From NCBI GenBank assembly GCA_024181965.1, contig BQXS01012504.1, positions 1 through 38,722 of the forward strand: a stretch of 38,722 nucleotides of DNA. The letters are read 5' to 3'. A model generated the notes under the pieces. It was not told the origin of the DNA and ran no database searches. It saw only the letters and a program-made list of their open reading frames with translations. Source of the DNA: Aduncisulcus paluster (taxonomy: Eukaryota). Made by a program: the position numbers and the translations under genes. This document shows, piece after piece, positions 1 to 10,423 of this stretch (positions are counted from its first letter, which is position 1; each line of letters begins with the position of its first letter).

Positions 1-83
1 TATCAATAGGAAGGCCTCAATGGATCGTCAGATCTGACTCACAATAAATAAGCAATACACGATTCTGCTCATATAATTCTGTA

Positions 84-644
84 TTATTTAAACTTTCCTC
101 TCTGAACTTGATGGATAATAACCACCGAGGAACCACTCTCAACAACACGAATAGTGTCAAATGCAACCTCTAAAGCCACCATTGATCCTCCCACGGATGT
201 TTCAATGCGATCTGTTGTAAGTGGCACAAGAACATTGGAAAGAGTGAACAACATGCCATCGGAGCAAAGGACAAAGAGAATCGTCTCATCCCACCCTCCA
301 GTCACACACATAGCACTCACATCGCCTCGCATGTATTTAATGGCCTTCACATGCCCAGTGGGAGAGATACAACATAGAGCAGCGTTCTTCGACACGGCGG
401 TCTCCCCACCGACATGGATGGAAACACCAGTGTAGATATCACCGGTCTCTTCATGAACGGACATGCACAACATACTGCCAACGGTACATTCGATGATGCT
501 TGACAAGTCAACACACCACAGAAGGAACCCAGAGATCAGATCAATACCATACACACGACCTTGATTCGTGGAAAGGGCTAAAAACCCAAATGGAGCGCAC
601 TCTTTAACGTTGATAACTTTCACAGGAACAGAGAAAGAGAACAA
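84..644 (-). pseudogene. C-terminal beta-propeller (WD40-like) fragment without an ATG start
   Basis: 186-codon ORF of short hydrophobic beta-strands with WD-like spacing (GRVYGID, HEETGDIYTG, DVSAMCV, CSDGMLF). It opens on TTG with an in-frame TGA at 648-650, so the 5' part is missing. Confidence 0.45.
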
Positions 645-669
645 TTCTCAGCATCATGGGGCATTGAAA

Positions 670-1857
670 TCATGGCTTGAATAGCTTTATAAAATTGTTT
701 TTTCGGCGGTATCTGAGATCGAGGTGATTATCGATTTCTTCAGCTTCTACTTCCTTTGATATCTCATCAGATAGTTCCTTTCTGGCTTGTTCCCATGGTA
801 TCATAGTCAATTGATCTATCATTGAACAGATATGACGTTCCCTAACAATCTTTTCCGGCATAGTGAATACGAGTCCAAAGATGTGAAAATTTTGGGAATT
901 TTTCATATCCCATGTTCCTTTTCCCTCGATCTCACACAAAACTACCTTTGGTAAATCAATGGGAAGGAAATGCCATTGATAACTGGAAGAAGGTCTTGGG
1001 AATTCATATATCTTTCGTGTTTTCTTCCCATCTGAATCTGTGAAAGCAAAGCGCAGAGTGGGAGCACTCCATCTCTTGTGAACATAGATATATGCACCAT
1101 TCATTGGGCTTGGGGCTGGAAAAGGAATGGAAATGTAAGATGCTGGGAAAACACAAATACCACCCTCCATCATTTTCCGTAGTTTGAGACTGTTATCATA
1201 TTTCTTAGATTCTTTGCTTTTTGATTCATCTTTTGCTTTGACCATTGAAAATGAAGGATTTATAATCGAAGGGTCATCACGAGGAATGGGGAAACGCATT
1301 CCACCGTGCAAAACACATTTTGGATGGAGCACAATTTGGGCTTCCGACCAAAGTTTTTCTTTGGATTCACGAATCATAGTTTCTTCAGGAGATTCTTTTT
1401 GAATAAAAAAGAGAGATTCGATCGAGAAATGATCGATATCATGACCTTTTCCATCAATAGCACATGAGATAACATCAGAAAGATCAACAGGAAGAAAAAA
1501 CCAACGGAATGAGTATGTGGAGGATGGCAAAACATATTTCTTAGATATAATTTCCATGTTTGAGAGAGTGAAAGAAAAAACGAGATTGAGACGAGATTCG
1601 AGAAAGACACAAACATAGACCCCTGAAATATCAGTGGAAGAAAATGGAATATAAATATGAGAAAAACTCTTTTTGGAGACATATTCTCCTTTCAATATCA
1701 TTTTTGCGCCTTGAGTATTGTCATGAAACATAAATCTTGCCTCGATTTTCGAAAAATCCGGACTCACAACAGAGCGGTCATCTCGAGGAATTGGACTGCA
1801 TCTATGATCTCCACTTTCAATATAAACTGCCTCAATAGTTGTTGTGGATAAACTCAT
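670..1857 (-). CDS. Lineage-specific tandem 'PIPRDD'-domain protein (paralog 1)
   Basis: First ATG at 1857 (the ORF track starts on TTG at 1869). Two internal repeats of ~165 aa: PIPRDD..P.FS...A / IPF....GxYx / WxFLP(I/V)DL..V..C.I.GKG. Clearly paralogous to 21693-22859. Confidence 0.75.
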   Translation of the reverse strand: MSLSTTTIEAVYIESGDHRCSPIPRDDRSVVSPDFSKIEARFMFHDNTQGAKMILKGEYVSKKSFSHIYIPFSSTDISGVYVCVFLESRLNLVFSFTLSNMEIISKKYVLPSSTYSFRWFFLPVDLSDVISCAIDGKGHDIDHFSIESLFFIQKESPEETMIRESKEKLWSEAQIVLHPKCVLHGGMRFPIPRDDPSIINPSFSMVKAKDESKSKESKKYDNSLKLRKMMEGGICVFPASYISIPFPAPSPMNGAYIYVHKRWSAPTLRFAFTDSDGKKTRKIYEFPRPSSSYQWHFLPIDLPKVVLCEIEGKGTWDMKNSQNFHIFGLVFTMPEKIVRERHICSMIDQLTMIPWEQARKELSDEISKEVEAEEIDNHLDLRYRRKNNFIKLFKP

Positions 1858-2295
1858 GTAGAAGTACAATGATAGAAACTAAATGGATAAAAATAGGTGA
1901 ATAAAGTTAATACAAAGTCAATAATAATATAAAAATATCGGATAGAATTTGTACTTCAAAGTTGAAAGCAAAAAAAACAAGAATTATTTTTTTCTTTCTC
2001 CCTTGGTTTTTTCTTCTGTTAAATGCTATATATTTTTTATTTTTCATCATTGACTAAAGTTATCGACTTCTTTTGCCGACTGAGCTGCGATGGGAAGTTG
2101 ACAATTGAAAAAATGGATTTATTCAGAAACCATGAATGAATCTTTTCCAATAGGATATGATACTCTTAATTTGTGTCTATAATGTTAAGATGGGGGTGTG
2201 GGAGAAGATAAGATCGTCAAAATCTGGTTATGTTCTGAATAGTATAGAATAGTATAGATAACTTTGAGAAAGAAAATAATGTACAATTGAATAAA

Positions 2296-4606
2296 TTATT
2301 CGATATTTGCCTGCAACCAATCGCCCCATATTTGATGATCTTGTTGCGATGGTGCCACAACGGTCACGGCGACCACATTTTCTCCAGATTCTTGTACTCC
2401 GGCGATCACAAGGATATTCCCAAGCTCACTCGGAAGTAAACTCTTTCTGATACGAATGTCCGCCGATGTGTCAGCGATGCCACGAACAATGATACATTTA
2501 GTTGGATCGGGTGTCGATGATGGACTTTTGCTCCATCCGATGACACATGGATTTGATGCAGATATAAGATGTAAGAATACCGAATGGAACTTATTCCTTC
2601 TTTGCATCCACTTCTTCACAATCAGAGGACCAGTAGGGACTTGGAGATGGACTTTTGGCTGAGACATTGAATGTGACATGGATAACGTTGTTCTTTGGTC
2701 GACTGCTTCAACAGAATCATTGGTATATGATTCCCCATCGTCATCGTGAGACCGTGACGCTGTTCCATCCCTTGTCCGGGAACTCTCTGTCCGATCATAC
2801 GACATAGAAGTAACTCTTTCATATGACATGGATGGAGGAAGAGGAGGAGGATGTTGAGGAAGGGACTCTGGAGGAGGGTTATGGACATGTAGAGTCCTCT
2901 CCTGACTATGACGAGTCGACCTCTCATGGCTACGGCCAACATCGGCCTCTGTATAGTATCCTGAACGTCCTTCACTGTACTTCGAGAGTGAAGGGAGGGA
3001 TGGGGAAATTGTAGGTTGTGATGGACGTGATCTCTCACGGATAACAGGCGTCTTAAACAAAGGATTACTGACAACTTCGGCCATTGAAACTCTCTCCTTG
3101 GAGGTGGATCCCAGTCNNNNNNNNNNNNNNNNNNNNCCATCGTCATCGTGAGACCGTGACGCTGTTCCATCCCTTGTCCGGGAACTCTCTGTCCGATCAT
3201 ACGACATAGAAGTAACTCTTTCATATGACATGGATGGAGGAAGAGGAGGAGGATGTTGAGGAAGGGACTCTGGAGGAGGGTTATGGACATGTAGAGTCCT
3301 CTCCTGACTATGACGAGTCGACCTCTCATGGCTACGGCCAACATCGGCCTCTGTATAGTATCCTGAACGTCCTTCACTGTACTTCGAGAGTGAAGGGAGG
3401 GATGGGGAAATTGTAGGTTGTGATGGACGTGATCTCTCACGGATAACAGGCGTCTTAAACAAAGGATTACTGACAACTTCGGCCATTGAACCTCTCTCCT
3501 TGGAGGTGGATCCCAGTCTTTCGGAACCCCTATCACGATCACTATGACGCTGGTGGGAGAAAGACTTTGATTCACGAGACTCGCTCTTCATTCGCTCCTC
3601 AGAACGGTGGATGGAATGATCCTCACGGCTTATCTGCAGGGAAGTCATCACCTGAGATTCTGCTCCAACGAGAGTGTGAGGACTTGGGGATATCCCGATG
3701 GGGGGTTTCGGAGGGAGCTTTTCTTCTTGTACTACACCTGTCGGAGGCAATGAAGCAGGTTTATCTTCAGGGACACCCTCCTCAATGGCTCCAATAACTG
3801 TGATATTACTTCCGGGTGGCTGTGAAACATGGGAGTGGAGAGCTGACCGAAGGACATATTTATAGAGAAGAACACGACCTTGGAGTGCTGTAATTAGGCA
3901 ATCTCGATCCCTTGGGGAGACCTGGAAAGAATATGGAGGGTCATCAGTGTATTCGATTGTGAATCGAAGGGGATGATCAATATTGACACCAATAACATCT
4001 GTATACGGATGATTTGAAAATATATTCTCTGAAATATCACTATGATTGATCTCTTTTGAGTGCAGAATTAGAATGTGAGGATACTTCACACCATCGGATC
4101 CGAGTGCCATAATTGGGAAAGATAATGAACAAGAAACTCCGATATCTGATCCTCCAATGGGATTACCTGAACCATCAATCTGATCATCTTTTATATATTC
4201 AGATATTTCAGGAGGCAAGGTAGCTTTCTTTAAAACAGCCATGCGGTAAGCTAAAGTATGTAAAATTTCAGATCTGTATGGGGATAGAAACATTTTAACT
4301 GAGTAATTGGGGAAAATAATTCTGAATAGTGACTGGGAAACTTTATCCCAACTGAATCTTTGGATGGATAATATGGGTTGTCTTAGAGGAACACTAGAAG
4401 TATTAGGATCAAGGCTAAATATAAGTTCGTCAGTAATTACAAGTACTAAAACAGAAAAATATAAATTGAAAGCTCTTTAAATAACGTAAAAAAAAAAGGT
4501 GAAAAAACGTACAGCGTGAAGCAAGTTTTCCAAAGCCAAGGTAGACCTGTACTGGCCAAGATTTTATAAACTTGGGCACACTACTTGAAGATGAAGTAAA
4601 ATCCAT
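2296..4606 (-). CDS. Multi-PH-like-domain protein; exons 4513-4606 and 2296-4445 (~613 aa after removing a 402-nt duplication)
   Basis: Splicing the 4446-4512 intron joins MDFTSSSS...KLASR in frame to an open frame running into the 665-aa ORF. Two N-terminal PH-like segments (RLLVITDELIFSLDP...YRSEILHTL; HILILHSKEI...DRDCLITAL), a Ser/Pro/Arg-rich linker, and a C-terminal PH-like segment ending APSQQDHQIWGDWLQ. Confidence 0.7.
2735..3518. repeat. Gap-flanking duplication (2735-3116 = 3137-3518, offset 402), probable assembly artefact
   Basis: Near-identical copies either side of the N run 3117-3136; one substitution seen (ERGSM vs ERVSM). Confidence 0.85.
4446..4512 (-). other. Spliceosomal GT-AG intron, 67 nt
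   Basis: GTACGT donor, T-rich body, TTTTAG acceptor; removal restores the reading frame. Confidence 0.85.
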
Positions 4607-4995
4607 TTTAATGCCAGAGAAATTCGAAAATTCGAAACCAAGCCCCTATACTTCATAATATGAAATAATTACCACCTTATATCATAATATTATTGCATTG
4701 AAATTTCTATGTGTGCTTAAATATTGGATTTAACGTGCTATTTCAAGAAGAAAGCCCCGAAATATCTAACTCGCTTAATTCATGTTATAATATAATTCTA
4801 CATCAAAATAATTTTAAATCGGTAAGTTACATAAAGATATTCATCATTATTTTCTAATAAGGACGATATTTTACCTCCCCAAATATAATCTCGGCTCTAT
4901 CTGTGTTTTGTCAGATAGACCGTTCGTGTACAACTTCATATCTAAATTATTTTGCTTTTAGCATCAAAAATATAATTTATTTTTCATATTATACA

Positions 4996-5277
4996 ATGAG
5001 CCTATCTTCCGATGAATTAAACTACCTTATATACAGATATCTTCAAGAATCAGGATATTCTCACACTGCTTTTACGTTATCTGCAGAGTCAGAACTTGAA
5101 AAGGTGAAAATAGATCCCTCCACTGTTCCTGTTGGTTCCTTAACTAATTTGATTCATAAAGGCCTTGAATACTTACAAATTGAAATGCATTTAACTGAAA
5201 AAGGAACCATAAAGAAATGCGATTCGGAATTGTCATTATTTCAACCTCATGTTTGCAGTGGAAAGACAGAAGAGTAG
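4996..5277 (+). CDS. TBL1/Ebi/Sif2-type N-terminal LisH-domain protein, 93 aa, no WD40 domain
   Basis: [32 protein letters not shown]...[16 protein letters not shown] closely matches the TBL1 N-terminus ([22 protein letters not shown]...LISIIQKGLQY). ATG at 4996, TAG at 5275-5277. Confidence 0.85.
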   Translation: [93 protein letters not shown]

Positions 5278-5773
5278 AAATCCATTTTATTCGGAAATAA
5301 CGTGTTAAAAATATAATTTAGATACATGGATATATAAATAATTTATAAAAACTATAAAACTACCATATTATTATAGTTTTTTCTTTATGTTGAGATTCTT
5401 GACTTTGGAGGTATAGAAGATCCATCCGACTAGGATGATATTTTGATTAATAACAATAAATATTATACATGCATAAAATATGATCATATATATTCTTTAT
5501 ATTATGAATATATTTGTAGATTTATACTTCAGTAAAAAGTGTTTTCTATAACCAATTCAATTCATAATTCCAAAGAAAGAATGTGCGATTCAGTACTCCT
5601 TATAATATCTATTTAAGGGTTAATATGACTCAATTTGGATATTTAGATGAATTATTCTCACAATATTGGAGATAATAGAATTATGACAGAATGCCGGAAA
5701 TGGTGGATAGAACGAAGAATGTCAAAATTAATCAACAAACAAATAAATATGAATTTATATTAATACAAATGGC

Positions 5774-8700
5774 CTAATCGTCAAAGAGACCGAGACTATC
5801 AGCTTGACGAATTCCGTAAGGTTCATCTCCATCACCAAGCTCATCAAATTCAAAGAAATCGTCGAAATCACTGACGTCTCCACTCTTTCCGTCGTGTTTC
5901 TCATCCTTCTTTCTTGCATTCTTCTCTCTCTCTTCTTCTATTTCTCTCTTCATCTTTTCATCAGCTTCTTTCTTTATGGCAGCGGCAGCCCTTCGTTTCC
6001 TCTCTTCTTCATCTTCTTGCACCAACTTACCAAGACTCAACATACCGCCATCTCCAACACCCTTCGAGAGAGCGATTACGCCACAATCATCCACGTAATC
6101 GACAATGTCTCCTTCACGCCACTGTCCTGCCAGAGTAATGTCCTGACTCTTGAGAACACCATCACCGTGCTGTTTACCATATCTGAACTCACCGACATAT
6201 TCAAATCCGGGTCGTTCGAGTCGACCCCGACCCCAAAATTTACCACCTTTAAACTCTCCATTGTACACAATCTTCAGGTTGGGCCATTCATATATTCCAG
6301 AGCCAGAAGGTCGACTCAGACGCCACATTCCAGTGTACGAACAGGCATGAATATTGCTTCTATACCGGTTGAAAGTTGCTTTTCCTTCGACATCACCGGC
6401 CACAAACTGTCCATTGATATCTCTCCCATCCTTAGGCCATGTAAGAGTTCCAATCCCAGAGGCAAGCCCTTCTACAAACTCTCCTTCATACACACACTGG
6501 AACTTAGCCAATAAATCAGATGGAATGGCACTCATTGAGGATCCTCCTGAAGCTCCAGTAACCTGAGGAGATCCAAGGAAATGAGCCAGGGCCGAAGGAG
6601 AATAGAAATGAGGCGAAGAGAATGAATTCACAGAGAGAGCCGCAGAAGCAGAGGCTGGTATAGAGTGGTGGAAACCATGGGTGCTGGATGATTGTCTCAC
6701 TGAAGGACTTGAGATAACAGAACCAGATGGACCCATGAAGGAGGAAGATGCATGAGAATACAAGGGAGAATGGGGTGAGAAAGAACGAGGAGGACTGGCT
6801 ACATGTCCACCAGCAGGAAGAGAAGAGAATTGTGCCACGTGGCTTTGTGAAGCGGCCATGTGAGTCATATTTGATATATCAAAGGTTCTATGGGCAGAGA
6901 TAGACTGTCTTACTGGTAATATGACTCCTTTTCCTCTTGAAGGTTTCTTCTTCTTCTCTTTCTTCTTCTTCAACTTCACGAGAACAACACGAATACTTTT
7001 CTTTCCCGCAGTTCCACCATGCACAACCTGCTCTTCGCATCCCTTCACTTCCTCCCCTCCCAAACCACCGTCAACACACATCCAAAGTCCCTTTCCGTGG
7101 TACATTCCAAGGCTCCACTCTCCTTTGTAGATACTCTGACCCACATGGAGAGTTCCAGCGCCATGAAAACGACCGTCCAGGAATGTACCCACATATCGGC
7201 ACTCCAGAGGGACAGTCTTTGTGTGTGGTTCCGCGAGAGTCACTAATAAAGCGTGGAGAGTGGAGGAGAGGGATGAGAGCGAGGCGGATGAGGTCTTCTC
7301 ATGCATTAGAAGACGAGTTATTGATGATGGCTGCATTGATTCTTTGGAGAAGGACTGTGAGGATCCAGAAATAACGAAGGATGAGGAATCTTTGGAAGTT
7401 GGAGGGGGACGTGAAGAGTTGGATCGTGGGGTAGTCTTTCGTTTCCGGGAATATGAAGCCGACAATGTTCTTTTTGGTGTTGTCGGGGGCATTGGAATCC
7501 GCAAAGAAGACGATTGGGAGGATCTTGCAGATGAACTTGACATTACAGGTTTAACGGGCATAGTGTAATTCAATCGAGGCATCCGAATTGTTCGACTCGA
7601 TGCAGACAATGATCTTGATGTTTTGCGTTGTTGAGCAATATGTTTTTTCATCTGATATTGGTATTTGGCCAATTCAACTTGTGCCCACTTTGACGGGGGC
7701 ATATTAACAATGACATTGGCAATAAAATGCATTTCTCCGGATCCTGTGATCTTTCCTTGGTGTATTTCTCCGTTATATTCCCTTCCATTGTCCCATGAAA
7801 CAGTCCCGACACCATCAGGAATGCCCCCAAGGGACTCCCCGGTATACTGAAGAAAAGAGGAAGGAGAAGAAGAAGAAGAAGAAGAACTGGAAGACGGTTG
7901 TCCAATTCCAACAGTGGCCATTCCATCCGTGGCACCACCGGTTGTTTGAGGTTGAGTTTCCATAGAGTGCTCTTCTTCGGTATGATCAGAAGTATCAATC
8001 GGACGCGAATAATAACGTTTAACAATCTGCCCATCGATCTTTCCATGGTCAAAGCGACATGTGATCGTGAGAGAAGACCTGACCGACGACAGAAGTTGTG
8101 ATAGAGATGCAAGAGTGGAGGAGGTGAGATTTGTAGTGGTTGAGAGGAAATCTTTTTTGACTTCCTCTACGGCACTCCCCTCGAACATTGGATATCTTAT
8201 TGTTCCTTTTCCATGAATATTTGAATGCTCCCACTCTCCTTCGTACTCTATTCCACTCTCCCAAATATATTTCCCTTTTCCATGGTATTGTCCTTGTTCA
8301 AACATGCCGATATACACACATCCATGCTCAGTAAGGTGAATACCGTACCCATGAGGCTGTCCGTTGAAAAAGTCACCTTCAAATACGGAACCATTATCGA
8401 GAGTTAGACGTCCATACCCTTCATATACACTTCTATTCCACGACCCAGAATAAACCCTTCCATTTCCATATCGTAAAGTACCTTTGCCACTAAAATATCC
8501 ATTAAAGAAACTGCCTTCATAACTCCACCCATGAGGAGATACAAATCTACCGGTTCCATGCTCATGCCCATCAATAAACTCACCATAATATCCACACCCA
8601 TTACTATATGTGCGTTCTCCTGTCCCGTGGGGAAGTCCGCTTTGCCATTTTCCACGATATATAGTTCCATCTGGATATTGAAGGGTTCCATCACCACTTT

Positions 8701-8899
8701 GTCTATCTTTATGCCAAAATCCTTCATATATATGTCCATCTATCCATTTTTTTCTCCCATATCCATGCATATAACCATCTTTGAAGGTTCCTTCATATAC
8801 AGATCCGTCTTTCCAAGTATATTGGCCTTCCCCATGCATCATCCCTTTAAAAATGGAACCGCTATATCGGTTTCCGTTAATATACTTTACAATTTTCAT
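5774..8899 (-). CDS. MORN-repeat protein, 1041 aa
   Basis: Many YxGxW/F..G..HGxG repeats (about ten at the N-terminus, more downstream), interrupted by Ser-rich low-complexity segments; charged C-terminal tail. Confidence 0.92.
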   Translation of the reverse strand: MKIVKYINGNRYSGSIFKGMMHGEGQYTWKDGSVYEGTFKDGYMHGYGRKKWIDGHIYEGFWHKDRQSGDGTLQYPDGTIYRGKWQSGLPHGTGERTYSNGCGYYGEFIDGHEHGTGRFVSPHGWSYEGSFFNGYFSGKGTLRYGNGRVYSGSWNRSVYEGYGRLTLDNGSVFEGDFFNGQPHGYGIHLTEHGCVYIGMFEQGQYHGKGKYIWESGIEYEGEWEHSNIHGKGTIRYPMFEGSAVEEVKKDFLSTTTNLTSSTLASLSQLLSSVRSSLTITCRFDHGKIDGQIVKRYYSRPIDTSDHTEEEHSMETQPQTTGGATDGMATVGIGQPSSSSSSSSSSPSSFLQYTGESLGGIPDGVGTVSWDNGREYNGEIHQGKITGSGEMHFIANVIVNMPPSKWAQVELAKYQYQMKKHIAQQRKTSRSLSASSRTIRMPRLNYTMPVKPVMSSSSARSSQSSSLRIPMPPTTPKRTLSASYSRKRKTTPRSNSSRPPPTSKDSSSFVISGSSQSFSKESMQPSSITRLLMHEKTSSASLSSLSSTLHALLVTLAEPHTKTVPLECRYVGTFLDGRFHGAGTLHVGQSIYKGEWSLGMYHGKGLWMCVDGGLGGEEVKGCEEQVVHGGTAGKKSIRVVLVKLKKKKEKKKKPSRGKGVILPVRQSISAHRTFDISNMTHMAASQSHVAQFSSLPAGGHVASPPRSFSPHSPLYSHASSSFMGPSGSVISSPSVRQSSSTHGFHHSIPASASAALSVNSFSSPHFYSPSALAHFLGSPQVTGASGGSSMSAIPSDLLAKFQCVYEGEFVEGLASGIGTLTWPKDGRDINGQFVAGDVEGKATFNRYRSNIHACSYTGMWRLSRPSGSGIYEWPNLKIVYNGEFKGGKFWGRGRLERPGFEYVGEFRYGKQHGDGVLKSQDITLAGQWREGDIVDYVDDCGVIALSKGVGDGGMLSLGKLVQEDEEERKRRAAAAIKKEADEKMKREIEEEREKNARKKDEKHDGKSGDVSDFDDFFEFDELGDGDEPYGIRQADSLGLFDD

Positions 8900-9249
8900 T
8901 ATATGCTTTCAAAAACGAGATTTCGTTTCGTTCGTGTAAAATTATGATAAATCTTAACAAAATGATATAATTATTTTAGTTATATTCTTTTGATAATATC
9001 AAATATTTTGAAAGAATTAAGTGGAATGGGTTGCTACGTCCGATACATCATCTTCGCATATAGGATCGATAATATATAATTATGAATATAATTTATCAAA
9101 GGATCAAAATATCAAGAATTTTAAAGTTACTCGAAACGGTACTGCTGTATTTGATCACCGAAACTGGTGGGAGGGTCGGAGCGATCTCCACTCTCATTTT
9201 CTCGACATCATAAAACCATATTTTCATATTTTGATAATTTCTCCTTGAA

Positions 9250-10194
9250 ATGGATACGTTGGAAGAAATCATAGCATTTTTGGAAAGAGTTGGAAGTCAT
9301 TTTAACGCACTCCCCTCAGATACTGGGAAGAAACAAGAAACAACAGATCCATTTTCATTGAAAAAAAGCCTTGTTCATAAAATTATGTTGAATCTAAGGA
9401 AAAAAGTAAGAGAAGTTGAAGCTACAATTAAAGATCCTGAACAGAATTTAAAAAGAATATCGTCGCTTCAAATGTTAAGGACAGAGCTTGAAGTCTTTAA
9501 TCGCGAACGTGCAGAGCTTCGAGATTTGTTTGAACGTGAGAAAATTGAGCTTCAAAAACATGTTGACGAGGATGGACTTGATCCTCGGGATGCTGAAGAT
9601 ATTAATACAGAAAGAAAGAGAATTTGTGATCTCACGGATGAACATTATGATCAAATTCACGATGCTTATTATGCTCTATCCGATACAAGGCAAGTTGGAC
9701 GATTTGGTGGAAGACAACGTTCCATGTTCTCACGACCAACAGAAATGACTCGCACCCGGCTTGAACTTCAAACCAAAGACAGTTCGTTCTCTTCAGGGCG
9801 GGTTAGTGGTCCAATACCCGAGGTTGATGTCTCTATCGCTGATACTGAACTGGGGGATATTGATGGCGATTATGAGGCTCAAATGGCAGTTATTAGGAAG
9901 CAAGAAGATATGATTGATGATAGATTAGATGTTATGCATGAGGTTTTACTTTCTGTAAAAAAACAAACATATGTGATCCGTGATGAAATGGAATTGCAAG
10001 ATGTCATGATCGATGATACAGCTGAACGGATGGATGAAACGGCGGCTACATTGGACAATGAGACAAAAAGAATGAAAAAGATCGTGAAAAAGTTGCGGAG
10101 TGGAAGCAAAGTAATTGTTGATATTATTTTAATTGTTGTTTTATTAGGTGTTATTGGAACTGCTTATTGGTTGATAAAACAACGGACTGGATGA
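9250..10194 (+). CDS. Syntaxin-like Qc-SNARE, SYP7-like
   Basis: Helical N-terminus with a DPF motif, SNARE coiled coil with Q layer (DEMELQDVMIDD), and C-terminal KLRSGSKVIVDIILIVVLLGV tail anchor resembling plant SYP71 (LRSSRNFCIDIVLL). Confidence 0.85.
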   Translation: MDTLEEIIAFLERVGSHFNALPSDTGKKQETTDPFSLKKSLVHKIMLNLRKKVREVEATIKDPEQNLKRISSLQMLRTELEVFNRERAELRDLFEREKIELQKHVDEDGLDPRDAEDINTERKRICDLTDEHYDQIHDAYYALSDTRQVGRFGGRQRSMFSRPTEMTRTRLELQTKDSSFSSGRVSGPIPEVDVSIADTELGDIDGDYEAQMAVIRKQEDMIDDRLDVMHEVLLSVKKQTYVIRDEMELQDVMIDDTAERMDETAATLDNETKRMKKIVKKLRSGSKVIVDIILIVVLLGVIGTAYWLIKQRTG

Positions 10195-10423
10195 GAATAT
10201 GATTGGAGATAATCTAAGCTATTCCTTGTCTGTACGTTGATTATTTACCCATAGGATTTTCGATGATAATAATAAAAAAATTTCTTTTCGGAAAGTTTTA
10301 ACTTCTTAATTGATTTTTGCTCACTTTTGTGCCTTTCAAAACTTCATTTCAGTTCGAAATCAACACTTCACGTTTTGTTGCCTATAAACTTGAAGTTTCG
10401 AGAAGAAATACAATAATTTCAAT

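Noticed and set aside
2622-3575. 317-aa alternative-frame ORF inside the PH-like gene
   Set aside because: Its length is inflated by the 402-nt duplication and the N gap; it is a shadow ORF.
5804-8947. Many antisense and alternative-frame ORFs over the MORN gene
   Set aside because: No motifs; expected shadows of a long GC-richer CDS. The same applies to small ORFs over the other genes.
9021-9248. 75-aa GTG-start ORF upstream of the syntaxin gene
   Set aside because: No ATG, AT-rich, no recognisable features.
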